In this document: positions 13,300-25,345 of the stretch, in pieces
Layout of the letters: each line of letters begins with the position of its first letter
How positions within the stretch are numbered: position 1 is the stretch's first letter
NCBI GenBank assembly: GCA_035221665.1
Contig: CM069166.1
Coordinates: 3,906,001 to 3,970,000, forward strand
Source: Okamejei kenojei
Taxonomy: Eukaryota
DNA: 64,000 nt
Reading direction: 5' to 3'
Notes under the pieces: generated by a model
Seen by the model: the letters and a program-made list of their open reading frames with translations, nothing else
What the model was told of the DNA's origin: nothing
The model's database searches: none
Translations under genes and position numbers: made by a program

Positions 13300-13565
13300 T
13301 TAGTTTAGGTTGGAGATGCAGCGCTGACACAGGCCCTTCAGCCCACCGAGTCCGCACTGACCAGTGATCCCCCGCACTAACACTATCCTACACACACCAC
13401 AGGGCAATTTACAATTTGACCAAGCCAATTAACCTACAAACCTGTACATCTTTGGAATGTGGGAGGAAACCGGAGCTCCCGGAGAAAACGCACGCAGGTC
13501 ACGGGGAGAAGGTACAAACTCCGTACAGACAGCACCCGTGGACAGGATCGAACCCGGGTCCCTGG
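13300..13565 (-). mobile_element. V-SINE/HE1-like tRNA-derived SINE
   Basis: Reverse complement of the consensus seen at 24496-24790. Confidence 0.75.
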
Positions 13566-14121
13566 TAACTCAGCGGGACAGGCAGCACCTCTGGGTAAAA
13601 GGAATGGGTGACGTTTAGGGTTGAGATCCTTCTTCAGTCTGAAGCATCAGACCCATTCCTTCTCTCCAGAGAAGCTGCTGTTTTGTGTGTCTGTCTAGAA
13701 TAGATCAATGTTAGTCAGGACAAGCTGACAGCGAAGCATACAGAGATAAAATGGAATCAAGGGGACGTCAAAACGTCCCGTTGAACTGGACATCAGTATC
13801 ATGTTGTGTGACAAGGAACTGCTGCCGCTGGTTTACACCGAAGATAAGCGCGAAATGCTGGAGTGACCCAGCGGGACAGGCAGCGTCTCTGGAGAGAAGG
13901 GATGGCAGGCGGGGGACGGGCAAGACAAATCTGATGTTGAAACATAAATATCGCCGCCAGCATCTCAGGCAGTTGTGGAAAGGAGGGGGGCGTTGATGTT
14001 TCCTTCCAGTGCAACTCAAGCCCTGGCACCGAGCTCATCTCAGAGCGCTGGGGAACGCGAGGCAACTTGCAGAGGAAGCCTTTAGTCTGAGGATTGAGCG
14101 CTTGGAAGCAGACATTCAGCT

Positions 14122-14188
14122 ATGGATGCGGGACTCACGCCGTGGGCTGGATACGTTTACATGTTGGCCTCGTTGTTCACTGTGGCAG
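14122..14188 (+). CDS. Gene A exon 1, signal peptide (MDAGLTPWAGYVYMLASLFTVA)
   Basis: ATG at 14122, 22 codons with a hydrophobic second half plus 1 nt, donor CAG|GTACCT. Same length (67 nt) as gene B exon 1, with shared LT....Y......LF residues. Confidence 0.75.
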
Positions 14189-17100
14189 GTACCTGTGGCG
14201 AGCCTGCGCTGTTTTTCAGGTTGCGATCTGACCGCGGCGTTGCTGGTCACACGGCGCTGAGGAGGGGGCTCAGATGCTGGGGGTTTGGGTGGCTGGAGCT
14301 GCTTCTTGGTGGGAGAAAGCTTGTCCATGGCGTCGCCGACCCCCACCCCCCTCTCCCCCTCCTCACCCCAGTTCCCCATCACCTCTGGCAAACCCTGAAC
14401 TGCCCACTGATTTATCTTCGCTTCTGACAGGGAGCGGACCGCAGTTGGAGTTTAGAAACATGGACAATGGGTGCAGGAGGAGGCCATTCGGCCCTTCGAG
14501 CCAGCACCGCCATTCATTGTGTTCATAGCTGATCATCCACAATCAGTAACCCGTGCCTGCCTTCTCCCCATATCCCCTCATTCCACTAACCCCTAGAGCT
14601 CTATCTAACTCTCTCTTAAATTCATCCACTGATTCTCTTTTCAATTCATCCAGTGAATTGGCCTCTGTTCACAGGGAGTTGTGGATTCCACAAATTCACA
14701 ACTCCCTGGGTGGAAAAGTTTAGTTTACAGACACACAAAGTGCTGGAGTAACTCAGCGGGTTAGGCAGCATCTGTGGAGAACATGGATTAGGTGACTTTT
14801 CTGCTCAAGACCCTTCTTCATATTGAATGGCGGTGCTGGCCCGAAGGGCCGAATGGCCTATTACTGCGCCTGTTTTCTATGTTTCAGACTGAGGGTTTAG
14901 TTTAGTTTAGCGTCGAGGTGCAGTGAAAAGCTGCCACGTCCTGATTCACATTCAGGTACAGTGAAAGGTGAAATAGTTACAGGGACGGGGCGGCGGTTCT
15001 GCTGTCAAACGCAATGTGCGGGAGGATCTCGGCGGCTCAGGCTGCGTCTGTGGACGGGAATGGTCGGGACCCTTCAGACTGACGGAGAAGGATGATGGGG
15101 GGGAGCTGGGAAAACGACCCGATGCTTCATCAGGAAGGTCCCGACCCGAAGCATCGTCTGTCCGTTCCCTCCACAGACGCTGCCTGAGCCGCTGAGTTCC
15201 TCCAGCTCTGAGTTCAGCGCAAGGAGAAGCTTCAGCGCCTTCAGCGGGCGCTGGCGCAGCGAATGTAGCGCCAGAGACCCGGGCTCCATCCCGGCCACGG
15301 GTGCTGTCTGTACGGAGTTTGTACGCTCTCATAGCTACATAGAAAATAGGTGCAGGAGGAGGCCATTCGGCCCTTCGAGCCAGCACCGCCATTCATTGCG
15401 ATCATGGCTGATCGTCCCCAATCAATAACCCGTGCCTGCCTTCTCCCCATATCCCTTGTCTCCACTAGCCCCTAGAGCTCTATCCAACTCTCTCTTAAAT
15501 CCATCCGGTGATTTGGCCTCCACTGCCCTCTGCGGCAAAGAATTCCACAAATTCACAACTCTCTGGGCGAAACCGTTTTTTCTCCCCTCAGTCTTTAATG
15601 CCCCTCCCCCCCCCCCCTTTATTCTAAGACTGTGGCCCCTGATTCTGGACTCACCCAACATTGGGAACATTTTTCCTGCATCTAGCTTGTACAGTCCTTT
15701 TATAATGTTATATGTTTCTATAAGATCCCCACTCATCCTTCTAAACTCCAGTGAATACAAGCCCAGTCTTTTCAATCTTTCCTCATGTGACAGTCCCTCC
15801 ATCCCAGGGATCAATCTGGTGAACCTACGCTGCACTGCCTCAATCACAAGGATGTCCTTCCTCAAATTAGGAGAGCAAAACTGTACACAATGCTCCAGAT
15901 GTGGTCTCACCAGCGCCCTACACAACTGCAGAAGAACCTTTTTACTCCTGTACTGAAATCCTTCTTGTTATGAAGGCCAACATGCCACTAGCTTTCTTCA
16001 CTGTCTGCTGTACCTGCACGCCAACTTTCAGTGACCGGTGTAAAAGGACACCCCGTGATCAGTGGGGGTTTTCTCCGAGATCTTCGGTTTCCCCCCACAC
16101 TCCAAAGACGTACAGGTTTGTAGGTTAATTGGCTTGATTAATTTGCTTGATAAATGTAAAATTGTCCAGAGCTGAGTGCTGCTCTATAGCGTACTACCTC
16201 CAGATCCAGATAGACACAAAACCCTGGAGTAACTCAGCGGGACAGGCAGCATCTCTGGAGAGAGGGAATGGGTGACGTTTTGGGTCGAGACCCTTCTTCA
16301 GTACAACTTCTCACCAGAGATGCTGCCTGTCGCGCTGTGTTACTCCAGCTTTTTGTGTCCATCTTCGGTTTAAACCAGCATCAGCAGTTCCTTCCTACAC
16401 ATCCTTCAGCAACAGACTGGTTCCAGCAAGATGCAAGCACAGAACGCCACAGGAGATCCTTTTTCCTTGTGGCTATCAAACTGCACAACCCAGGGAGAAC
16501 GTGCAAACACCGTACAGACAGCACCTGTAGTCAGGATCGTACCCGGGTCTCTGGCGCTGTAAGGCAGCAACTCTACCGCTGCGCCTGGATTTCCATTATC
16601 TATTATCTGTACTACATATAACGTGATTTGTTCTCTTGTCCAAAATTGTAGCTGCAGATACAATATTGATCAAAGCAGAACCGTCAGCTGTGGAATTTGG
16701 ACGTCCTTTGATGGTGAACTGCAGTTCATCTTGTGCAGCAGCAAGGATACTAATGGAAGGAACGAGAGGACATAATGAAATAAAACAACCTCAGTGGTTG
16801 GCACATTCTTACTCAACAGTTAAGTCGTGGTCTCATCGAGTGTCATGTAGTATGGAATGCTCATCTGGGAAAAAGGATCGCTTGATGACAATAGTTCCTG
16901 TCTACAGTAAGTACAAGAATTTCTCTTCACACAAAGGTGGAATAGGAACAGCTGAGCAATGTGCCAATGTCTCTCACGGTTTCCAGCAATGGGAGGCTGG
17001 AGAACCCAAGGCCACATCCTCAGAATAAAAGGACGAATCTTCAGAATGGAGATGAGGAGGATTTTTTTCAGCCGGGGGTGATGCAATGGTGGGATTCACT

Positions 17101-20100
17101 GCCACTGATGGCGGTGGGGGCCAAGTCATTGGGTATTTTTAAAGCAGAGGTTGACAAGTTTTTGATTATTAAGGGCGTCAAAACTCACAGGGAGAGAAGG
17201 CAGGAGGATGAGATTGAGTGGGAAAAATAGATCAGTGAATGGCGGAATAGACGTTAGTTTAATTCAGAGATACAGCTCAGAAACAGGCCCTTCGGCCCAC
17301 CGAGCCCGCACTGACCAGCGATCCCAGCACTAACACTACCCTACACACACTGGGGACAATTTACATTTATTCCAAGCCAATTAACCTACAAACCTGGACG
17401 TCTTTGGAGCGTGGGAGGAAACCCAAAGATCTCAGAGTAAACCCACGCAGGTCACGGGGAGAACGTGCAAACTCCGTACAGTCAGCACCCGTAGCCAGGA
17501 TCGAGCCGGGTCTCCGGCGCTGTAAGTGGTGTATGGCAGCAACTCCACCGCTGCGCCACCGTGCCGGCCAATGGGCTGAATGGCCTGACTCTTCCTGCGT
17601 AATGGTCTGATGGAAAATGCTTGTTTGAAATCTGATAGAAGCTTGTGTTGATAATCTGCCGCAGTGTGGTCGAAGGAACCACTCAAATTAACCCCGATTC
17701 CAGATAACGTTACACAATGTCAACAACTAAAGGAGAGGCAAAGGTTACAGACCCACCAGGTTTTTACAGCAATGAAACAGAAACCAAAGAATAAGGGGTA
17801 AGCCATTTAGAACTGAGACCAGGAAACACTTTTTCACACAGAGAGTGGTGAGTCTGTGGAATTCTCTGCCTCAGAGGGCGGTGGAGGCCGGTTCTGGATA
17901 CTTTCAGGGCAGAGCTAGATAGGGCTCTTAAAAATAGTGGTCAGGGGATATGGGGAGAAGGTGGGAACGGGGTACTGATTGGGGATGATCAGCCATGATC
18001 ACATTGAATGGCGGTGCTGGCTCGAAGGGCCGAATGGCCTCCTCCTGCACCTGTTGTCTATTGTCTATTAAGTGTGTTAGTAATTTCAAAGCTTTTAACG
18101 GTGGGCCATCCTGTTTGTTGGCTGCAGATGCCTCTAGCTTTATATCCGTTTTCAGTGCGCCAAGTCATAAAGCTGGTGTGACAAAGTGAGGCAGGAAATG
18201 TGTGCCAGTCATGTGCCTTTGCAATAAGTGAATCTGGATCACATATTGTGTTTGAGGACTGGCTGTAGATCTTCTCTGCATCAGATACAGAGGATTTCCT
18301 GAGAACACTGAACGGAACAGCACAGATTAGATTAGTTTAGTTTAGAGATACAGCGAGGAAACAGGCCCTTTGGCCCACCGAGTCTGTGCCGACCAGCGAT
18401 CCCTGCATACTAACGCTATCTGCACACACTGAGGATCATTACATTTATACCCACATCGACCAGCGATCCCCGCACATTTGTGTCTCTAAACAACACTAAA
18501 ACTATACTGCACACAACCGTGGCCAAACCAAAGAGCTGCATCATGACTTCCGTGTGAGGAAGGATTGTCGATATAGGGTTGGTCCTGAGTTTGACGATTC
18601 ACGTTACAACCCCTGTGCCTCGTCAATCTCAATGCTTCGTGCTTTGCAACATGACATAGAAACATAGAAAATAGGTGCAGGAGTAGGCCATTCGGCCCTT
18701 CGAGCCTGCACCGCCATTCAATATGATCATGGCTGATCATCCAACTCAGTATCCTGTACCTGCCTTCTCTCCATACCCCCTGATCCCTTTAGCCACAAGG
18801 GCCACATCTAACTCCCTCTTAAATATAGCCAATGAACTGGCCTCAACTACCTTCTGTGGCAGAGAATTCCAGAGATTCACCACTCTCTGTGTGAAAAATG
18901 TTTTCCTCATCTCGATCCTAAAAGACTTCCCGCTTAACCTTAAATTAGCATTGCCTATTAGATCAATTAGATTGTCCGCTACAACATCAATTAGCATTGC
19001 CTATAAATACATTTGCTGAAGAGAGCTCGATGTGTAAAAATAGAACAGAGCAGTTTTATTGTTACACAAGGGGGTGGCACTTACTGTAATTACTTATCGT
19101 AGAATAAAAATACAATCCAGATGTGTTCTCCACAACAGATGTGACCGAACCATCCATGGTGTATTGGTCGGTCAGTCAAGAATTCCCAGTGACGGCTGGG
19201 TCACACTATCAAACTGCATGGCAGCGCAGGGGTTAACGCAGCTGCTTCACAGCTCCCAACCTCGCAGCACCCATGCATTCCCAGGAAGAATGTGCTGCCT
19301 GAGTGGAGTTAGAGAGTCCGAGAGTGATACAGTGAGGAAACAGTCCCTTCACCCCAACTTGCCCACACCGACCAACATGTCCCAGCTACACTAGTCCCAC
19401 CTGCCTGTATTTGGTCCATATCCCTACAAACCTGTCCAATCCATGTACCTGTCTAACTGTTTCTTAAACGTTGGGTTAGTCCCAGCCTCAACTACCTCCT
19501 CTGGCAGCTTGGTCTGAAAAACCACCCTTTGTCTGAAAAAGTTACTGTTCAATTTCCTATTAAATCTTTTCCACTTCACCTTGAACCTACAGTATGTCCT
19601 CTGGTCCTCGATTCCCCTACTTTGGGCAAGAGATCTGTGCATCTTCTCTCAGTGTAGTAAGCGCTCGCAATAACGGACCTCGTTTCGGGGGAGGGAGGAT
19701 GGTGCCGTTTTGCTGTTTGTCCTCTATAACCGGGTGAGGGGGGATAAAGTTTAACCCAGGGTCGAGAGGGAAGAAATACGGCGTTGCAGAGGGGGTTAAA
19801 CAAGCAGGAATTCACAGGGCTGCGAGCCGCACAGACCCCGGCCCCTCATGCAGAGTGCGGAGACGGGTCCAGTACTCACTCTGCCCTCATGCTGCTCACT
19901 CTCTCCCCTCCCAAAGCTGAACCAGAAGCTCCCATCACCGACAAGGTACGATATGCGTACCAGCACCTTTTAGCTTCCAAAAAAAGCTCTGAACTCCTCA
20001 GTCCAATAAAAAACAGAGCATGTTGAACTAGTGGCCCTGAATAGTTCTTAAGTGATGCAGTAGTGACCTCTCCTGCTTCATCACACTGGTTGTGATATAA

Positions 20101-23100
20101 TGTATTTAGACAACTATTTCAGATAAGCCTGTTCCAGCAGCCCCACCTTAATGGAGTCGATTGTGTCTAAAAATACTGACACAGGATCTCGTTTCTCTTA
20201 TCTGCAGCTCAGATGACATAAAGTGTTTAGTTTATTTATCCAGAGGCAATGGGGTGCCAGGGGAACACATTTTTGCTGTTCAAGCTCTTTTTAAAAAAAA
20301 TTGTTGAAAGTTAAATCAGTGCTGTCTCCTCACCCTTCGGTTCTTTCATCCCTCACTAATTCCTTCCCTGATTACAATATCCCGGCCATTATTATTTCAT
20401 AATATAGGTTTTCATGTAAACGATACCGCAACCGCTAACTTTTAATTCATTTCCTGATTATAAAATTGTGACCATTATAATTTCATAATATTTGGATTAT
20501 TGGAGTGTTTATTTGGAGTATTGCATGGAGTTCTGGTCGCCCCTTTACAGAAAGATGCAGAGGCTTTGTTTAGCTTAGAGAGACAGCACGGAATCAGGCA
20601 CTGTGGCCCTCTGGGTCCGCACCAACCAGTGATGGCTGCAAACTAACTCTATCTACACAGACTAAGGACAATTTACATTTATACCAAGCCATCCACATCG
20701 ACCAGCGATCCCCGCACATTAACACTATGCCACACACTAGGGACAGTTTACATTCGTAGAAGCCAATTAACCTACATATCTGTACATCTTTGGAGTGTGG
20801 GAGGCAATCGAAGATCTCGGAGGAAACGGTCACGGGGAGAATGTACAAACTCTGTACCGACAGCACCCGTAGTTGGGTTCGAACCTGGGACTCTGGTGCT
20901 GTAAGTTAGCAACTCTACCACTAGGCCACCGTGCTGCCCTTTGGAGTAGGTTCAGCAGAATGCTGCCTGGACTCGAGGTTTTGAGCTATAGGGAGAGGTT
21001 GGATAGACTTGGATTGTTTTCTTTGAAACGTGGGAGGTTGAGGGGTGACGATAGATGTTTACACAATTATGAGAGGCCATACAGTCTGAACCTTTCTCCC
21101 AGGGTGGAAATGTCTTACACCAGAGGGCGTAGCTATACGGTGCGAGGTGGGAAGTTTAATAGAGACGTGTGGGGCAAGTTACATTTTACACAGAGAGTGC
21201 TGGGGGCCCAGAACACATTGCCGGGGGTGGTGGTGGAGGCAGATGCGATAAAAACATTTAGGAGGCTTTTGGATAGGCATAAGAAAGTGCAGGGAATAGA
21301 GGGAAATGGATCATGTACAGGCAGATGAGATCAGTTTAAATTTGGCATCATGTTCCGCAGACATTGTGGGCCAAAGGGCCCGCTCCTGTCATGTTCTATA
21401 ATGTAGTTAATATTTCATCTAATAGATACCTCGACCATTCTAACTTTGGTCTTACTAAATCATCTATAATACCCACCACTCTCTGTGTGGAAATAAATGC
21501 ACCTCTAGTTCAGTTCAGTTTAGTTCATGGTCACGTGTACCGAGGTACAGGGAATAGCTTTTGTTGCGAGCTAGCCAGCCAGTGGAAAGACAATACATGA
21601 TTACAATCGAGCCGCTTACAGTGTACAGATACATGGAAAGGGAATAACATTTAGTGCAAGGTAAAGCCAGCAAAGTCTGATCAATGACAGTCTGAGGGTC
21701 ATCAATGTTGTAGATCGTAGCTCAGCACTGCTCACTGGTCACCCTTAGCTTCCTATTAAATATTCCCCCCCCCTCACCTTAAACCTATAAACTGGAATAG
21801 AAAATTAAGAGTGCATATTTGACAATGGGTTTTAGTGAATGGAAGTTCTGTTGCACCCACAGACTGTTTGCACTTCACTATATTTTGAAGCTTCAGTGAA
21901 ACATTCAAATACAGACAGGTTCGATGATTACTGTCAACAGTCCTTTAACAGATTGTAATGCCTCGATGGTTACCGTCCATTGCAATTGTATTTCAACAGA
22001 TCGAGAGTTGAACATTACTTCCCCTCCTGAAGTGTTGGAAATTAATACAACATATAGCCTGGAATGCACTGGCCCCAGGGTCTATCCTAACAATAAGCTC
22101 ATACTCAAATGGCAAAGAGGAAACGAGATCATCCAGACCAATTCCACAGAAGAAAAAGGTCTCCCGAGTGAGGATAAACGATTAAGGAATGTCTTACAAT
22201 TTACTGCAAGGACTACGGACGATGGGCAGGTGTACACCTGCGTGGCGGAAGTGGACGTAGGCTCCAACACCACTTTGCAAATCACAAACTCCTCCGTGAC
22301 CTTGCAAACATACCGTAAGTTACCTTTGAATAAATGTTAGGTGGACAAAAATGCTGGAGAAACTCAGCGGGTGAGGCAGCATCTATGGAGAGAAGGAATG
22401 GGTGACGTTTCAGGTCTCGACCCTTCACTCCATAGATGCTGCCTCACCCACTCAGTTTCTCCAGCATTTTTGTCTTCCTTTGAATTAATGTTAGTTGGTT
22501 CATTTTCTTTATTATACCAGAGTAGTGATGGAACTTATGACAGAAGTCTCGGATGCTACTATGATGTTTACCCCAGTAGCAATTAGTAATCGGTACACAA
22601 TGTAAAGATGCCCAATTCAAACTGGCATCAGGATAGAGAAGCATTATGGACCAACTCTGATATGGTGTGAGATACAAGGAGCTGGCATCTACACACCTAC
22701 GCACACTGGGGACCATTTTGTTTTTTACATTTTACACCAAATTAATTAATATACAAACCTGTACGTCTTTGGAGTGTGGAGGAAACCGAAGATCTTGGCG
22801 AAAACCCACGCAGGTCTTGGGGAGAACGTACAAACTCGTTACAGACAGCACCCGTGGTCGGGATCGAACCCGGGTCTCTGGCGCTGTGAGGCAGCAACTC
22901 TACCCCCGCGCCACCCTGCTTAATTTGCTTAACTTTAATGCATTTTCTTTCTTTTCACAGGTGAACCTCGAAGCACAATGATATCAGTAAATAACCAAAG
23001 CTCCTCAGAGTCTCGAGTGCATGTGGCTGTTGGGGACAGCATCACCTTAGTCTGTGATACACTGGGGAACCCAGAGCCAACATTACAATGGGAATACCCT

Positions 23101-25073
23101 GCAAGTACCAACATTGCAATCAATTCTTCCGCACTCCTCTATATTTCTGAAGCCACGACGGAAAATAATGGAATATACAAATGTACAGCCAGTAATAAAT
23201 ATGGAGCTGATGAGAACAAAGTGGAGATCAACGTGAAAGGTCAGTTTGTAAACGATGGCTGTTGATTAAAATACTTACCTTCATCCCTACAAAGTAAACC
23301 GATGCCAAAAGCAAATCAGCCCCAACACCGGTTCCTAGTTTCCTTTTGTTTTACTTTCTGTCGAGGGGACCCTGCAACGGTCATAAGGTCATAAGTGATC
23401 GGAGCAGAATTAGGCCATTCGGCCCATCAAGTCTACTCCGCAATTCAATCATGGCTGATCTATCTCTCCCTCCCAACCCCATTCTCATGCCTTCGCCCCA
23501 TAACCTCTGACACAGGCGTTAATCTAAAAGCTATCTATCTCTGCCTTAAAAATATCCATTGACTTGGTCTCCACAGACTTCTGTGGTAATTAATTCCCCA
23601 GATTCACCACCCTCTGAGTAAAGAAATTCCTCCCCATCTCCTTTCTAAAGGTGCGTCCTTTAATTCTGAGGCTGTGCCCTCTGATCCTGGACTCTCCCAC
23701 TAGTGGAAACATCCTCTCCACATCCACTCTATCCAGGCCTTTCACTATTCGGCAAGTTTCAATGAGGTCGCCCCTCATCTTTCTAAACTCCAGCGAGTAC
23801 AGGCCCTGTGCTGTCAAACACTCATAGTCCCACTCACTCCTGGGATCCAGGCCGTGAAGCTGATGAGAACAAAGTGGAGATCAAAGTGAAAGGTCAGTTT
23901 GGAAACTTGACGTCTGTTGATTAAAATACTTTCCTTCATCCCAGCAAAGTAAAAGTCCGCCAAAAGCAAATCAGCCTAAACACCAGTTCAATAAGAGTGT
24001 GTGAGAGATCAGAATTGCCCCCACACCACTCACAGTTACTGGCATCAAACATGCTGCACTGTCCCACCCGTCACCGATCGGACCATTTTGTCCAACTATA
24101 CATTTCCACCCACGTGTGTGTGACATGTCTACAATACCATGCGCTGCAATGGCAGTGTATAGTCATACAGCACGGAAACAAGCCCTTTGGCCCATCTTGT
24201 CCATGTCGACAAAGATGCCCCAGCCCACCACCCCATTTGGAAAGTCCCAATTGTTCCTATCTATTATGTATTGCCCAGAATAATAACCACAGCAGTGGTT
24301 GTGTGAAGTGATGAAACAGTGATTTGCAGTCTAACAAACTGTGTCCTAGCCGAGTCCCGCACAAGTCCCGTGATTGATCGGTGTTCCCAAAGTACTGTGT
24401 CCGCACACACCTGTAACGTTCCTGGCCGGCAGCAATACCAGAGCTCACACACGCAAAATGCCAGTGCGTAAACAGAAACTGGTGTGAAAGTTAAGCGGCA
24501 CGGTGGCGCAGCGGTAGAGTTGCTGCCTTACAGCACCAGAGACCTGGCTTCGATCCTCACTACGGGTGCTGTCTGTACGGAGTTTACACGTTCTCCCGGT
24601 GACCACGTGGGTTTTCTCTGGGTGCTCCGGTTTCCCTCCCACACTCCAAACGCGCGCACGCTTGTAGGTTAATTGGCATCGGTAAGAATTGTAAATGATC
24701 TCTCGTGCGTAGGATAGTGTTAGTGTGCGGGATTACTGGTCGACACGGACTCGTGCACCCATTTCCATGCTGTATCTCTAAACTAAACTGCAAAGAACAA
24801 AAATCTGCCTTACATAACATTAACATTTCTCTTCAAATCAATTATTGTTGAAATAGATTATATGGTACAGTTAGCTTTACAAATCATTTTGTTCTGAATA
24901 TCTCCACAGATAAATCCGCAATCATCATAGGAGCAAGTGTATCGGCACTGGCCACAGCAACCCTTGCAAGTGGGGCTGTTATTTATTACTTGTACCAAAA
25001 GGCTCAGAAATCACAAGAATATAAATTAAAGAATGCCAAGCCTCGCAACAATCTACAGATGCTCAGCAGATAG
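14122..25073 (+). CDS. Gene A: ICAM-family (ICAM/VCAM-like) Ig-superfamily adhesion molecule; 5 coding exons, 359 aa, SP-Ig-Ig-Ig-TM-short tail
   Basis: join(14122..14188,16652..16906,22000..22314,22961..23239,24910..25073) = 1080 nt. All introns are GT-AG and phase 1, as typical of IgSF genes. The frame is open from ATG to TAG. D1 is ICAM-type with 4 Cys, and the tail YLYQKAQKSQEYKLK resembles ICAM-1 YLYNRQRKIKKYRL. Confidence 0.88.
15337..16055 (-). mobile_element. CR1 LINE 3' fragment (RT C-terminus)
   Basis: ORF 15422..15925 LVRPHLEHCVQFCSP...RLKRLGLYSLEFRR...WNSLP. Confidence 0.88.
16652..16906 (+). CDS. Gene A exon 2, ICAM-type N-terminal Ig domain D1
   Basis: Acceptor ttgtag|, donor |gtaagt, 255 nt. 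VNCSSSC...ILMEG...SCSMEC...VPVY shows two CxxxC motifs and a Glu at the ICAM-1 E34-like position. Confidence 0.9.
17253..17570 (-). mobile_element. V-SINE/HE1-like SINE
   Basis: tRNA-like head, conserved central domain, and CR1-like 3' tail with (TAAAC)n. Confidence 0.75.
18655..18945 (-). mobile_element. CR1 LINE 3' fragment
   Basis: FFTQRVVNLWNSLPQKVVEA, near-identical to copies at 4727, 37222 and 57950. Confidence 0.8.
20945..21400 (+). mobile_element. CR1 LINE 3' fragment
   Basis: LSYRERLDRLGLFSL...RLRGD...FTQRV in ORF 20873..21328. Confidence 0.75.
22000..22314 (+). CDS. Gene A exon 3, Ig domain D2 (ICAM/VCAM C2-like)
   Basis: Acceptor tcaacag|, donor |gtaagt, 315 nt. YSLECTGPRVYP..L.LKW.RG...DDGQVYTCVAE...LQTY. 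Confidence 0.92.
22961..23239 (+). CDS. Gene A exon 4, membrane-proximal Ig (I-set-like) domain
   Basis: Strong acceptor ttttctttcttttcacag|, donor |gtcagt, 279 nt. GDSITLVCDTLGNPEPTLQW...NGIYKCTASNKYG. Confidence 0.92.
23383..23850 (-). mobile_element. CR1 LINE 3' fragment in gene A intron 4
   Basis: ORF 23590..23817 GLYSLEFRKMRGDLIET...FFTQRVVNL. Confidence 0.8.
24496..24790 (+). mobile_element. V-SINE/HE1-like tRNA-derived SINE, near full length
   Basis: A box GGTGGCGCAGCGGT, B box-like GCTTCGATCC, core GGGTTTTCTC..GTGCTCCGGTTTCCCTCCCAC, and (TAAAC)n tail. Confidence 0.8.
24910..25073 (+). CDS. Gene A exon 5, transmembrane helix, cytoplasmic tail and stop
   Basis: Acceptor tctccacag|. 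Encodes DKSAIIIGASVSALATATLASGAVIYYLYQKAQKSQEYKLKNAKPRNNLQMLSR*, with TAG at 25071-25073. Too short to appear in the ORF track. Confidence 0.85.
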
Positions 25074-25339
25074 TAAAACCTGACAATTATCACTCAAAAG
25101 GAATATGAAATGTTAACTACCAAGAACAAACTAGGAAAGCAGTTTGTGTTTATTGGAAAATCTCACTTGCCGGTCACTCCGGACATGATTTTGATGTGAA
25201 TTTGCACAATTATTCTTCCACCTGTCTGCTTTAAAAGCCATCGAGGTAAATTATAAGAAGGATGTATTCAGATGTTTTAAAACTGATATCTTGGCTGCCT
25301 CTCCTCAATCATTATTGCTGTATGTTGTGAAATGGTTAG

Positions 25340-25345
25340 AATAAA
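25340..25345 (+). terminator. Candidate polyadenylation signal of gene A
   Basis: AATAAA about 270 nt downstream of the stop codon. Further AATAAA hexamers occur near 27474 and 27549. Confidence 0.3.

Noticed and set aside
24496-24570. tRNA-like sequence with A/B boxes
   Set aside because: It is the head of a multi-copy SINE, continuous with the SINE body, not a tRNA gene.
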